A model generated the notes under the pieces. The model was not told the origin of the DNA. It searched no databases and worked only from the letters and a program-made list of their open reading frames with translations. Below, one piece after another: positions 26,929 through 39,929 of a stretch of 64,000 nucleotides of DNA (the stretch's first letter is position 1; the number at the start of each line of letters is the position of its first letter). The position numbers and the translations under genes were made by a program. Source of the stretch: Eledone cirrhosa (lineage: Eukaryota); NCBI GenBank assembly GCA_964016885.1, contig OZ024740.1, positions 364,126,001 to 364,190,000 on the forward strand, read 5' to 3'.

Positions 26929-29900
26929 TATAGCGAGAATACTGGGTTGCATGAATGTAACAAGGAATACATTGTTTGTGCAGATATATATTTAATTAAC
27001 AATGGTAGATAGTATAGTTGTCATGTCAAAGAAATAGATGATAGAATGAAACAAAGTTAGTCGTTACCCTTTTGATTGCCAGGCAAACGCGGCTGGCAGA
27101 GGACGCCTGGCTAAGGCCAGGCGCCTGTTGGCCAAATGAATGGCAGAGCCAAATGAATGGCAGAGCCAAATGAGAGGCTCTTGACCTGGTGCCGAAAAGG
27201 CAATGAGAGAATGAGAGCTTAAAGTTGTTAGTTTTATAGGGCTCTGACCGGAAGTTACAGAAAGGGCCCCACTTCCCGTCCAGACGTTAATCCAAACAAG
27301 GGAGACAACCGCTACATAACCTCCCGCCAGAATTTTAGTGTATAAAAATCGAAATGAAAATATGTAGCAAGTTGGCGAGAATGTAACAGGCATGAAAATT
27401 ACGACAAAAGAATGTTTGGAAAAATCAATGATAGATATCAAGGTACCCAACCGCTCTTGGCCAGAGAACGACTGGACATCTATCTATCCATCACCCAAAG
27501 ATACAATGTAATAAAGTAAAAGTAAGAGAAGAGCTCAAAGTTCAAAATATAGTTCACAGGTGTGCAATCACATGACAGCAGGAAAGAAAGTGTGTTCCAG
27601 AGAATGAATGCAGGTGGTTTCTGTTCTGTGGTATATCGTGAAATTTCCAACCTCCGAATGGATTTTCTCACAGGAAGAGTGCTGCAAAAATAAATTCTCT
27701 GGCTTTGGTTGTTGGTGAAGCTGTGTTGATGTATTGCTGCTGCTGCTGCTGCTGTTGTCTCGCTGAGTGAGCGTATTCGGTGTTTAAATTCACAGTAAAA
27801 AAAAAAAAATTTTTTTTTAGAAAAAATGAGTTGCGCAAAGTGCTAGAAATAGCAGCCGAAGTTGATGGTCGATGTTGAGAATGCGTTGACCTGGAAGGGT
27901 CAAGAGGCCAGCGACCAGAGAAATAAGCATTCTTAATAAATGCGCGGTTATCAACGGTAAATTTACATTGTAAATTTATAAACCGGCCAATAGAAGAATA
28001 TAGCTTAAGGCTGAAGAATCCTTGGCGAGAAATGTTATCTCTGGCGTGCGGCTATGTCTGTGAGTAGAGACATCTCTGTGAATCGAGAATTTGTGCTGCC
28101 TACACGTGCCAATACAAGGTTGAAAAAAATAATATTTCTAACGCGCGAGAAAATGATAGTGCAAATGTGAAGGTGACAATGATGAAAAAGAAAGGCATAA
28201 TTATTGGTGTGAACTTTGGGAGAAAAAACTTGAACGATGAAGAAAACGATGAACAAAAAGGCAATGGTTCATCGAAAATAAATGTTCCTGTTGAAATGTT
28301 TTTTTAAAGAATATCAAATTTCTTTTTTTTTTTTTTTTTTTTTTTTTGAAAGAGTTCGTTGTAAGACACGAGAAACATATATATATCGTGAAATGTTTTT
28401 TTTTTTTTTTTTTTTTTTTTAGAAAGTGTTCGTTGTAAGAAACGAGAAACATATATATATTGGTGAAATGCGACAGTTAGTTGATGCGTGAGAGAAAAAG
28501 TCTGTCTGTGCGAATTCCACATGTGCGTGTGTGCGTGTCCTTGAGTATTTTCATAGTTTGTCGATAAATTTGCTGTGTATTCGTAATGTTACTCACACAA
28601 AACCAGATGTGCTATTTTTTTCTTTTTTGGGGGGTGATCACTTATAGCGATAAACGGCTGCGTGTTCGTATCACGTCAGGGTCACCAATATAGCGAGAAT
28701 ACTGGGTTGCATGAATGTAACAAGGAATACATTGTTTGTGTAGATATATATTTAATTAACAATGGTAGATAGTATAGTTGTCATGTCAAAGAAATAGATG
28801 ATAGAATGAAACAAAGTTAGTCGTTACCCTTTTGATTGCCAGGCAAATGCGGCTGGCAGAGGACGCCTGGCTAAGGCCAGGCGCCTGTTGGCCAAATGAA
28901 TGGCAGAGCCAAATGAGAGGCTCTTGACCTGGTGCCGAAAAGGCAATGAGAGAATGAGAGCTTAAAGTTGTTAGTTTTATAGGGCTCTGACCGGAAGTTA
29001 CAGAAAGGGCCCCACTTCCCGTCCAGACGTTAATCCAAACAAGGGAGACAACCGCTACATAACCTCCCGCCAGAATTTTAGTGTATAAAAATCGAAATGA
29101 AAATATGTAGCAAGTTGGCGAGAATGTAACAGGCATGAAAATTACGACAAAAGAATGTTTGGAAAAATCAATGATAGATATCAAGGTACCCAACCGCTCT
29201 TGGCCAGAGAACGACTGGACATCTATCTATCCATCACCCAAAGATACAATGTAATAAAGTAAAAGTAAGAGAAGAGCTCAAAGTTCAAAATATAGTTCAC
29301 AGGTGTGCAATCACATGACAGCAGGAAAGAAAGTGTGTTCCAGAGAATGAATGCAGGTGGTTTCTGTTCTGTGGTATATCGTGAAATTTCCAACCTCCGA
29401 ATGGATTTTCTCACAGGAAGAGTGCTGCAAAAATAAATTCTCTGGCTTTGGTTGTTGGTGAAGCTGTGTTGATGTATTGCTGCTGCTGCTGCTGTTGTCT
29501 CGCTGAGTGAGCGTATTCGGTGTTTAAATTCACAGTAAAAAAAAAAAATTTTTTTTTAGAAAAAATGAGTTGCGCAAAGTGCTAGAAATAGCAGCCGAAG
29601 TTGATGGTCGATGTTGAGAATGCGTTGACCTGGAAGGGTCAAGAGGCCAGCGACCAGAGAAATAAGCATTCTTAATAAATGCGCGGTTATCAACGGTAAA
29701 TTTACATTGTAAATTTATAAACCGGCCAATAGAAGAATATAGCTTAAGGCTGAAGAATCCTTGGCGAGAAATGTTATCTCTGGCGTGCGGCTATGTCTGT
29801 GAGTAGAGACATCTCTGTGAATCGAGAATTTGTGCTGCCTACACGTGCCAATACAAGGTTGAAAAAAATAATATTTCTAACGCGCGAGAAAATGATAGTG

Positions 29901-30796
29901 CAAATGTGAAGGTGACAATGATGAAAAAGAAAGGCATAATTATTGGTGTGAACTTTGGGAGAAAAAACTTGAACGATGAAGAAAACGATGAACAAAAAGG
30001 CAATGGTTCATCGAAAATAAATGTTCCTGTTGAAATGTTTTTTTAAAGAATATCAAATTTCTTTTTTTTTTTTTTTTTTTTTTTGAAAGAGTTCGTTGTA
30101 AGACACGAGAAACATATATATATCGTGAAATGTTTTTTTTTTTTTTTTTTTTTTTTTAGAAAGTGTTCGTTGTAAGAAACGAGAAACATATATATATTGG
30201 TGAAATGCGACAGTTAGTTGATGCGTGAGAGAAAAAGTCTGTCTGTGCGAATTCCACATGTGCGTGTGTGCGTGTCCTTGAGTATTTTCATAGTTTGTCG
30301 ATAAATTTGCTGTGTATTCGTAATGTTACTCACACAAAACCAGATGTGCTATTTTTTTCTTTTTTGGGGGGTGATCACTTATAGCGATGAACGGCTGCGT
30401 GTTCGTATCACGTCAGGGTCACCAATATAGCGAGAATACTGGGTTGCATGAATGTAACAAGGAATACATTGTTTGTGTAGATATATATTTAATTAACAAT
30501 GGTAGATAGTATAGTTGTCATGTCAAAGAAATAGATGATAGAATGAAACAAAGTTAGTCGTTACCCTTTTGATTGCCAGGCAAATGCGGCTGGCAGAGGA
30601 CGCCTGGCTAAGGCCAGGCGCCTGTTGGCCAAATGAATGGCAGAGCCAAATGAGAGGCTCTTGACCTGGTGCCGAAAAGGCAATGAGAGAATGAGAGCTT
30701 AAAGTTGTTAGTTTTATAGGGCTCTGACCGGAAGTTACAGAAAGGGCCCCACTTCCCGTCCAGACGTTAATCCAAACAAGGGAGACAACCGCTACA
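26929..30796 (-). mobile_element. Tandem non-autonomous LTR retroelement: LTR(26929-27316)-internal-LTR(28689-29059)-internal-LTR(30426-30796)
   Basis: LTRs read TGTAGCG...CGCTATA on the - strand. 4-bp TSD ACTG at 26925-26928 and 30797-30800. PBS TGGTGACCCTGACGTGAT (tRNA-Trp) lies 1 nt inside the upstream LTRs, and purine-rich GGCGGGAGG precedes the downstream LTRs. No long ORF. Confidence 0.92.
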
Positions 30797-32896
30797 ACTG
30801 CTTACTACTTTAACAATAATGAAATTAAAACGAGTGATTTGAATATTACTTTCTTTCGTGTTTCCTTTATTCAAACAATTTAATTTTAAACCTTTTCCTT
30901 TTATTAATAAATTACTCAAATTCCAGTTGATAAGGGAGATGTTATTTGATGCCCACGCGTTTTGTGATATTTCCTTTCCTCTTACTAATAATTAAAAGGA
31001 CTGTTATCGCAAACGGTCTGATCGGATCTGAGGATAGCCCTTAAAAGGACTGTTGTCACATACGGTAAGGATGAACAGATGAAAGCACAAGTTGAAAAGA
31101 CGAGCAAGGCGAGAGATGTAGTTCCGGTCAGCTATTTATTTTCATACATGTAGCGACGATACAGAGGTACAAGGCGTGTGTGAGTGCCAAGCGTGACAGA
31201 GGAGAGGCACAACGATACGCGAGCTGACTCTGCCAAAGTCGACTGGCGAAAGTGTTTGGAATCACTATTTATACAAAAATAATCGTTTCATGTTTAGCCG
31301 CTGCGTAGGCGTTTTATTTTGGTGTCTTGAAGAGTTGTTTGTTTCACGGTGAGGTAGCTAGCTAAGCAGATAGATAGAGTTGTTTATTTCACAGATGTTA
31401 TTTCCGGTGGCTGTACATACATTATCTTAATGTAAGATGGATGGTTTGTGATTGGAAAGCTCTCTAGTGGGAGCAGATCTTGGGTAAAATAACAACAATA
31501 AGTCTCTACATCATCGCTTGAGAAGCTAGGAACAACGGCTAAATTACCATAAGAAATGAGAAACACGTTTGATGACGTGGTCTTGTATGCGCTGTGATTA
31601 AGAAAAAGTCAAGATGATTATAATTAGAACATGTCTGACCTGAGACTAAACAACAACAACAGTGACAATTTAGCATAGTCATAAATAAGTTGATAAAATG
31701 AAAAGTAAATAATATATGATTTCTCCTTCTTCGCCCACTTATTCCTGTGAGAATCGTGTTGGCAGAGTCCTCTAGCACGCCTGCCAGGGGGTCCTGTCAG
31801 AAGCAGACGTCTCCGATCGATCTGGCTGAATCCTAAAGCGAGACCAGCCAAGCTCATTGATGTTATGCAACCACCTTGCTTTGGGTTTACCCTTGAGTCT
31901 CCTGTCGGTTAGTTTTGCCCGTAAAATCTACTCGGCGATTGTTTCCTTAGACATTTTAACCACATGTCCGTAGTATTGGAGATATGAACTCTCAATTCGG
32001 AGAAGTAGCGGTTCTAGCTGGAGTGACTTTCTGATCTCCGAACTACACACTCGTGAAACGTTACTCCAAAGTTCTTTCGTAGGCGCGGAGGAGGACTTCT
32101 TACTACCAAGTCGGTGGATGATCTGCTAGAATACTTTATTTGCTGATCTGAAGTCGGATTCCAGCTTAACCCCAAAGTCCTCCCATGTCTTAGTTTTTGG
32201 ACACCTTTAATGTCTCTGCTACGACTTTTCACACCTGTTTGTCCGCAAGTTTAAGGAGCGGAGTTGGATTTAGACCTTGGGGGACCCGAGGCACTTCAGT
32301 TTTTTTTTGTGTGGGGGGCGGCGCTCATACAGCAAAAAATAGAATACACAGCAAACACCCCAATTTTACATATCAAAATTAGCTTGGCGCAAGTAATTGG
32401 AATTGAAAAGTTATATATACAGGTATTACATTTTTAGCAGAATTTCTTTAATTAGTATTCTTGGGTGCGGAAAAAATCCTTAAAGAATATATAAATTGGT
32501 AACCTGCGTGTTTAGAGTTTCATTGTGAGGAAATGATCAGAAAGCATATTTAAACATAATTGTTTCTACTTTTGGCACAAGGCCAGCAATTACCAGCTTT
32601 ACTGGTACTTTATTTTATCGACCTCGTAAGGATGAAAGGCAAAGTTAACTTCGGCGGGATTTGAACTCAGAATGGCAAGGGCCATAACTCTATGCGTCGA
32701 AGCTTGGCGTCCGACCCTCTACCGATACTGCCAATCCACCATGGTTTATTTTCTTCGAAACAAATTAATACAAGTTGTAAGAGAGTGAAGAGCTTCAAAT
32801 TAAGGCATAGTTAAGTTGAGCGATAAAAATGTAATTCTCCTAAGAAAATACAGAACGTAGTTACGTTGTTCCGCTCAGTTAAATCTGGAACGTAAC

Positions 32897-33314
32897 TATA
32901 ACAGCGACACTGGGTTGTATGAATATAACAAGACACTCGGTTGTATGTACAATATTTATTTAACAAGGTTGAGTTATGTAGAGCAGAATAGTTGACATGC
33001 CAAGAGAGATGAAAGGATGAATTAAAGTTAGTTGTATTACCGTTTTGAAGTCATCGCGCATTAGACCAAGAGGTCTTTACATTACCATGTTCAGGTTGCC
33101 AGAGAGTATAGCCTCGGCGAATGCGCCTGGCCGAAGAATCAGGCAGGTAAAAAGAGAGGAAGATTGCTTTCAGCTCGCTCCTTTATAGGCTCCCTGGACG
33201 GAAGTGACAAAGAAGGTTCTGCCACCTCAACGGGAAGTAACTCCAGCTACTTCCTGTCTAGAGAGCGCTACTGGTGATGTGATCGTCATAACAAGGGAGG
33301 CAACTCTTGCTACA
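32897..33314 (-). mobile_element. Solo LTR of a related family
   Basis: Similar to the LTRs above (actgggttgtatgaat.taacaag ... acaaggga.gcaac...gctaca); 4-bp TSD TAAC on both sides. Confidence 0.8.
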
Positions 33315-33409
33315 TAACTACTTTAGTAATGAGTCTTTACATGCTGTATCAAATATTGTTAGCAGAAAGGCATAGTTAAGTTGAACGATAACAATCTGTG
33401 TGAAATATG

Positions 33410-33865
33410 TTTAGGTAGGAAGAATGTTGCTGGAACCTGGAGGAGAACAGATGCTACCGGTTAGATATAGTTGGGGTTTCCCCAACAAAATTCCATGGCT
33501 CTGTAGATTTGGATGGAAGCTGGAAACTCCGCTATTCAGGCGTGACGCCGAAAATAACTATCAGATGGTAGTGGGAATAATCACAAGCTCCTAACTGTCA
33601 GAATGTGTTAAGGACTGGTTCCAATTGGAAGGAAACATTTTCTTCTTAAAGCTTTACCTAAAAGAAACGTCTCTGTGGGTGGTGCAAAGTTTATGCATCG
33701 AATACAGATCTTTCTTTGATGAAGACATTAGATGCAGTTTACACTGAGTCATATATCCTAATGGAAGATTTCATTGTACATGCTGACAGTGGCCACCTGA
33801 TATGGAAAGGCGTGTTTGGAAGGAACGGCAATCCCGATCTAAATACGAATGGAGTGGTTCATCTT
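33410..33865 (+). mobile_element. Degenerate LINE APE-endonuclease fragment
   Basis: LDIVGV, GSWKL.YSG and GVFGRNGNPDLNTNG motifs typical of the RTE ORF N-terminus. Confidence 0.5.
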
Positions 33866-34049
33866 ACCAGCAATCACTACCACTACTATTAACAAGAGGA
33901 CGCCAACTCCAGCATCAGTGACAATAACAACACCAGCAACACCACATATGTTTTCAAGATTCATAAACTCATCTTTAGCCACATGGTTCTATGAGAAACT
34001 GCTATTATGCTCGCATGTGTGCGTGCTGAACTCTGGGTCTTTCCGCTGG

Positions 34050-37000
34050 GAACAACCCCATGTTTTTTTTTTTGTACATTCATCCATTCATTTATTTATT
34101 TGCTCACATTCTACCTTCTTGTGTGTGTCCCTCCATGTACCCACTTCTTTTCTATCTTGTCTTCTGTCGCCTCCAGATCTGCTGTAGGTGAGCTATGAGG
34201 CCTTACTCATACCAACACTTTCCCTTCCACCCACTTACTGTTGGGCCCAGCACCCAGGCTGGAGACAACCAGCCACTCGCCCCTTATGCCGCTCGGTGCC
34301 CCAGTACCCTGGTCACGCCCCATCCTCCATCCCCACCAGTCGACACCTCCAGCACTTGCAGCACCACGAACAGAAGAGGGGCTGGAACTGCTCGGGGTGC
34401 GGCTGCTTCCACCACCTCACCTGTGTTGGTTTGACGCGTCGAGCCTCCAGTGCCCTCGCAGCGTGGAGATGTAGAAACTGTCTCTTCACCTCGTCTGCCC
34501 AGCCACGGCTGTCTGGCACTCCACCAGATGAGACAGCGAACTTTCCTGATGTCAACATTGCTCGGCTCACGCGGCTCCGGAAGATTCCGCCCCGGATCCC
34601 GAGAGAGGCCCGGGTGGCGGTAGCCGATGCCTTCGTTTCCTCGATTGAGAGTACCCTGGACTCCAATCGAGCCAGCGACTGGGAGCGACTTTTCTATTTT
34701 GCCCCACTCGCCCTCGGCCTACCCAGCTCTGGCGCTGACCGAGATGCTCTGTCGACAGCAGACTTTGTCAAGGCCAATGTTTCGTCCTTTGAGCAAGCGC
34801 CCATTCCAAGCGCGCCGAAAGACTCCACACACCCCTCTCTCGGGTGCCCCCAATCCTCCACCCCTGAGGCCAGCGCGAAGCGTCTGCGTGACCGCATAAA
34901 CGCTAAATTAATCAGGGATGATGTCTCGGCTGCAGTCAGAGTGGTTGCCTCGGAGGACACTGTCCTCCAACCCACCGAGGAGGTCCTGGCTGCCCTGCGA
35001 CTCAAGCACCCTGAGCCACCCGCTGACCTCAGATCCATACACCCACCCGATCCCCACTTGCTCCTTGTGGCTTCCGACGCAGACATCATGTCCGCTATTA
35101 AGTCCTTCCTAGCTAGCAGCAGCGGAGGTGCTGACGGTCTCCGACCTGGCCACCTCAAGGAGTTGCTATCCCACCCCTCTCCGCTGAGGCCGGGCGTCGC
35201 CTTCTGAGTGCAATTGTGGCACTCACCAATAGGCTTATCCATGGCTCCCTGGACCCTCACGCCCGAGGCCTTTTTTTTCGGCTAGCCTGACCGCTCTCAG
35301 GAAGAAAGAGAGTGGCATACGCCCCCTCACCGTGGGCAATGTCTTCCGGAGGCTGGCTGCTAAGGTGGTCTGCAGGTCCATAACACCTGAACTGGGTGAG
35401 GAGTTCAGTCCGGTGCAACTGGGTGTCGGCGTGTCCAGTAGCTATGAGAGGACCGCACATGCAACCAGGCAGTTCTTTAACGACTGCCCACCGGAACCGG
35501 CATCCAGGGACTCTAGGCACCTCATTGTCAAGCTTGACATGAGGAATGCCTTTAATGGCATGCGCCGGGACCATCTGCTCGATCCCTGCCTCAGCCGAGC
35601 CCCCTCTGCCTACCCGCTGGCCTACCTGTCATATGGAGCACCGAGCATGCCCCTTGCTGCTGATACGCTCATACCTTCGGCTAATGGAGTCCAACAGAGC
35701 GACTCTTTGGGCCCCCTCCTTTTTGCCCTTGGTATAGACCACATTGCCCGGAGTATCACGGCCCCTCTCAACGTTTGGTATCTGGGTGATGCTACGTTGG
35801 GCGGGCCCGTAGAGACTGTCTGCCATGATCTTCAATCGGTGGTTCCTGCCCTGGCGGGAATCGGCCTCCAGGTCAACTCGTCCAAGTCGGAGGTGGTGAA
35901 TGTCAGCCATGATGCTGAGAGCTTTGCAGCCTCCGTCTCGGACGTGCGGTCCATTCTCCAAGAGGTACAGGTGGCCCCTAAAGAGGATGTCCTCATCCTC
36001 GGGTCACCGATCCACCCGCCGGCCATCCGCTCCATCATCAGGTCCAGACTCCAACAACTCCAGACCCTCACGAGCCGACTGGGCTTGATTGACGGCCACC
36101 CAGCTCTCTTTCTGTTGAGGAGCTGCTTCACCATGCCGAAGCTCCTCTATACCCTTCGCAGCGCTCTGTGCTACACATAATCATTTCTCCTCGCTGACCT
36201 CAATACTTGTATCCGAGCGGCAGCCGAGGAGATATGCAACGTTACATTTGACGACATTGGATGGCAACAGGCCACTTTACCTGTCAGATCAGGCGGCCTT
36301 GGTCTCTGATTCCTGATCTCCCTGGCTTTGCCAGCGTTTCTTTCGTCAGCAGGGTCCTCTTAAACATAATGGAACCCTCTGTGATCAAGGAGCTTGAGGC
36401 CGCCTATGAGACGTGGGACCGGCTGGGACTTAGCGCAATGGACGTCCCTCCTCCTTCTTCCCATGCTGACGTCAAGTCCCCCCCCCCCAAAGCATTTGGG
36501 ATGCCATCCAGTGCGCCTGGCCTCAGACAGGCTCACGCGCCAGCTTGACCAGCTCGACCAGCACCACCTTGCCTGTTTTCGTGCGGCCTCCAAACCCCAC
36601 AGTGGTACCTGGCTCCATGCCTTGCCCTCCTTCTCCACTGGCACGCAGCTCGATAACGATAGCCTGCGCATCGGCGTTTCCTTGAGGCTTGGCCTCCGGA
36701 TCTGCGAGTCCAACCAATGTCGCTGTGGGTCCATCATAGACTCTTTCGGCCTCCACCCGCTTTCCTGTCACCGCAGTGCCGGCCGCCTTCATCGCCATGC
36801 TGCCCTCAAGGAGGTCATAAAGCATGGCATGGACGCTGCAGGCTTCCCTTCCCAGCTCGAGCCGGTGGGGCTGGACCGAGAGGACGGCAAAAGGCCAGAT
36901 GGCATGACCATCTTCCCGTTCCGCGGTGGCAAACTCCTCGTCTGGGATGCCACTTCAGTGACACTTTCTCCAGCCGCAACCTGGTGAAGTCTGCGACTAA

Positions 37001-37380
37001 CCCAGGTCCTGCTGCACGTCGGGCTGAGGATGCCAAACTCTCCAAGTACCGGTCGCTCTCCGACAGGTTTGCGGTCGTACCCTTGTCAGTGGAGACTTCT
37101 GACGTCCTTGGCCCTAGGGCTACCTCCCTAGTCACCACCATAGGCGCTGAGCTGGCCAGCCGCAGGTGTGAGCCCCGCGAGTTGGAATGGCTCTTCCAGC
37201 GTATCTCCCTCACCATCCTCTGGAGAAACGCCTTCTCCATTCTGTCCGCCGGAGCTGTGGGGGAGGCCAGCACGTAGGACCCCATTTGCTCACCAGGGCC
37301 AGAGAGATGGAGGCGATGACAGTGGGAGTTCGACTGACTGATTCTTGTAGCATTTATTTGCCGTTGCCACATTATATACA
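34050..37380 (+). mobile_element. Near full-length CRE-clade non-LTR retrotransposon (PHD-like finger, RT, CCHC finger, restriction-like endonuclease), inactivated
   Basis: GGADGLRP.HL, IRPLTVGNVFRRL, QLGVG, KLDMRNAFN, GVQQSDSLGPLLF, WYLGD (YLDD mutated), CRCG..HPLSC..RH and RPDG..LVWDAT. Several frameshifts and stops. Much more GC-rich than the flanks. Confidence 0.9.
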
Positions 37381-37788
37381 ACCATCAGTTAATCCCAAAA
37401 CAAAACTATATCCGGACAAGACATTTACTTTATATTTTCAAATATTTATTTACTTATCAACAACTTCTCAGGCAACTGTTTGGTTGCCTACTCTTTCTTT
37501 CTCCTCCCCTCTCTCGCTCTCTCACTATTTATCTACGCCTGTTTTATTTTTTTCCCCTCTCACTTACTATCTCTCTCCTCTCTCCCACTATCTAAGTACT
37601 CATGCCTTCCCCCCTATTCGTTTCTCTCACTTCTACCTCGGTTCTTTTCTCCTCTGACTCACTATGTATTTCTCCCCTATCCCCCACTATCTGTCTATCT
37701 ACCTATCTATCTACTGCTTTTTCATTTACTTTTTGTTGACCCCTGCTCTCTCTCCTTCTCCCTCACCCCTATCCATCTACCCCTGCTC

Positions 37789-37819
<31 letters not shown>

Positions 37820-39598
37820 ACTTACTATCTATCTACCCCCTACTTTCTCTCCGTCTCACACACACACTTTCTATCTATTCCTGTCCCCCCCCCCCCCACA
37901 CACACTATTTATCAATCCCTGTCACCCCACCCCTCCTATTCGAAGAAACGGAAAAATACAGTAATTTTAAAAAGAGCGAAAAAATAATTTAACCAAAAAT
38001 TATAAACATGGTTTTCCATTACGAAGCATTGACAAATTTGAAAATACGTTTTTTTTTAAGGCGGTCACAAATCAGAGGCGGTGTGTTGGGCCTCCATCAG
38101 ATCCGAGGAATTTTCCAGTTGTTCGAACAGCAGTTGTCAACGGAACAGCTTGTTCATGAAATTAACATGCAAGTGACCGAGCATTCCACAGATTCGTGTA
38201 TCATTAATGTAGTTCTCAGGAAGATTCAGCGTGACACGTGTAATAAAGCTGGTTCCTTTGATTTACATGCACAATTTATTTTTGACAGTTGAGTGAACCG
38301 GGGCAACATGAAATAAAGTGTCTTGCTCAAGGATACAATGCATCGCCACGAAATGAACTTTCAACCTTACAATCGAGAACCGAACCCCATAACCACCAAT
38401 CCACTCGTCTTCACATATTGTTAATAGTCGAATGCATCGAGTTAAGTACCCCCTGGAGACGGAACAAAAGTAGACAATGCGACGGTTTTGTTCATCTTTA
38501 TTGCCGTCACCAGAAATCCTTTATCCGATGTAGTATTCGATTATGTGGTTAGGGTATTCGGCTTCCAACCGTAGGGTTGTGAGTTCGATTCCCGTGGCGT
38601 GTTGTGTCGTTCCGTTGATCGGATTAGCTGGAATACACGTCATAGTAACTTACGGAGTGCCTCATCATTCGACTATGTTTATACTTCATATGCATTGTGA
38701 CTGCCTTCAAAAAGTAAAACGTAAAGTAAATTGTTGTTAGTAAATAGCCTATCAACCCAGACAAGTGCCAGCCGAGACGCATATCAATCAAGGGGCGTGT
38801 TGAGTTAATAGTGAAATATATGTAGCGACGTGGTTATATTTCCGGTGGCAGTACATATATGACTTAAACGAAATACTGATTAAATGGTTCCTACATTGCA
38901 GATATTTTCATAGGCATCTGAGTGTGTGTGTCTGACTATGTACGGTGTACGTATGTAGGTATGTGGAGGGGTGAATGGTTGAGAAGTTCGCTTTAGGTAG
39001 ACGTAAAGTGTTTGGAAGCCTGAATCTCCCTGAGAATTGTGTTAAGGGTGCACGTATCAATAAAATGGTCAGCCACTTACATGTTAATTTCTTGAACAGG
39101 CTGATACGTTGACAACTGAGACATACATAAATATACAAAAATGAACACAAACATATGAAACTGACACATGCCTAACATTCACATAACTCATTCAACAGGC
39201 ATGCTGGGATAAAATCATGAGCATTAAAAGAGCTCTAAAGTCATAACTCAAGGGAAATTACTCTAAAGGAGTTAAAGGGAAATAACTCTTTCGACCGCTA
39301 TATCTGATTTGCTAAGCTGTCTGAACGTAATGTTATTACTCTGGGGTCTTTCCTCATCTGAGTGCTCAAGCTACAGACCGATTATGCATATACGCTAGCT
39401 TGGCCGTATTCTAAAGCTTCGTTAATGCTGTTCTAAAATTTATAAATATATATATATATATATATATAATGTAGGAGGTGAGTTTTATTGTAGTACAATA
39501 AAGCAATGCAGATATCGGATAATAAGCACTCTACAATTTGTAGGACTGGAGTATACATAATATATAAGAACAAAAGATGGTTAAAAGAGTTCCATGTA

Positions 39599-39665
39599 TT
39601 TTATTATGCGCATTTCAAAAACAAATATCATCATGCAATAATATTTGTGTTTTCATCAGATAAAA
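39599..39665 (-). ncRNA. Minimal type-I hammerhead ribozyme (family 1)
   Basis: Reverse complement: ttttat-CTGATGA-stem II-GAAA-tgcgca-TA-ataaaa. Confidence 0.8.
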
Positions 39666-39776
39666 CATGAAGACATGATATGAAGGTTAAAAAACATATG
39701 AAGGTTAAAAAACATATGTTGATTTAAAACTGAACTATCCACAAGTGTTTTTTAACCTTCATATCATGTCTTCATG

Positions 39777-39843
39777 TTTTATCTGATGAAAACACAAATA
39801 TTATTGCATGATGATATTTGTTTTTGAAATGCGCATAATAAAA
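39777..39843 (+). ncRNA. Minimal type-I hammerhead ribozyme (family 1)
   Basis: Stem I ttttat/ataaaa; CTGATGA; stem II aaacacaaatat...atatttgttttt; GAAA; palindromic tgcgca; UA. Confidence 0.8.
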
Positions 39844-39873
39844 TACATGGAAGTCTTTTAACCATCTTTTGTT

Positions 39874-39929
<56 letters not shown>

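Larger units (their letters stand above)
39470..39876. mobile_element. Fold-back Penelope pLTR-derived element in (TA)n
   Basis: Arms ~39562-39700 and ~39745-39876 are reverse complements. Sequence is near-identical to the termini of 44226-46462. Confidence 0.85.

Noticed and set aside
28656-28687. tRNA-Trp gene
   Set aside because: Only the 3' part with an encoded CCA, adjacent to an LTR; it is a primer-binding site.
27064-30259. Duplicated short ORFs as a tandem gene pair
   Set aside because: They lie within the LTR and internal repeats and show no recognisable protein motifs.
39777-39843. C/D-box snoRNA reading of the CTGA/TGATGA motifs
   Set aside because: CTGA and TGATGA overlap as CTGATGA and are followed by stem-GAAA-stem-UH, which is hammerhead topology rather than a 5' C box with a 3' D box.
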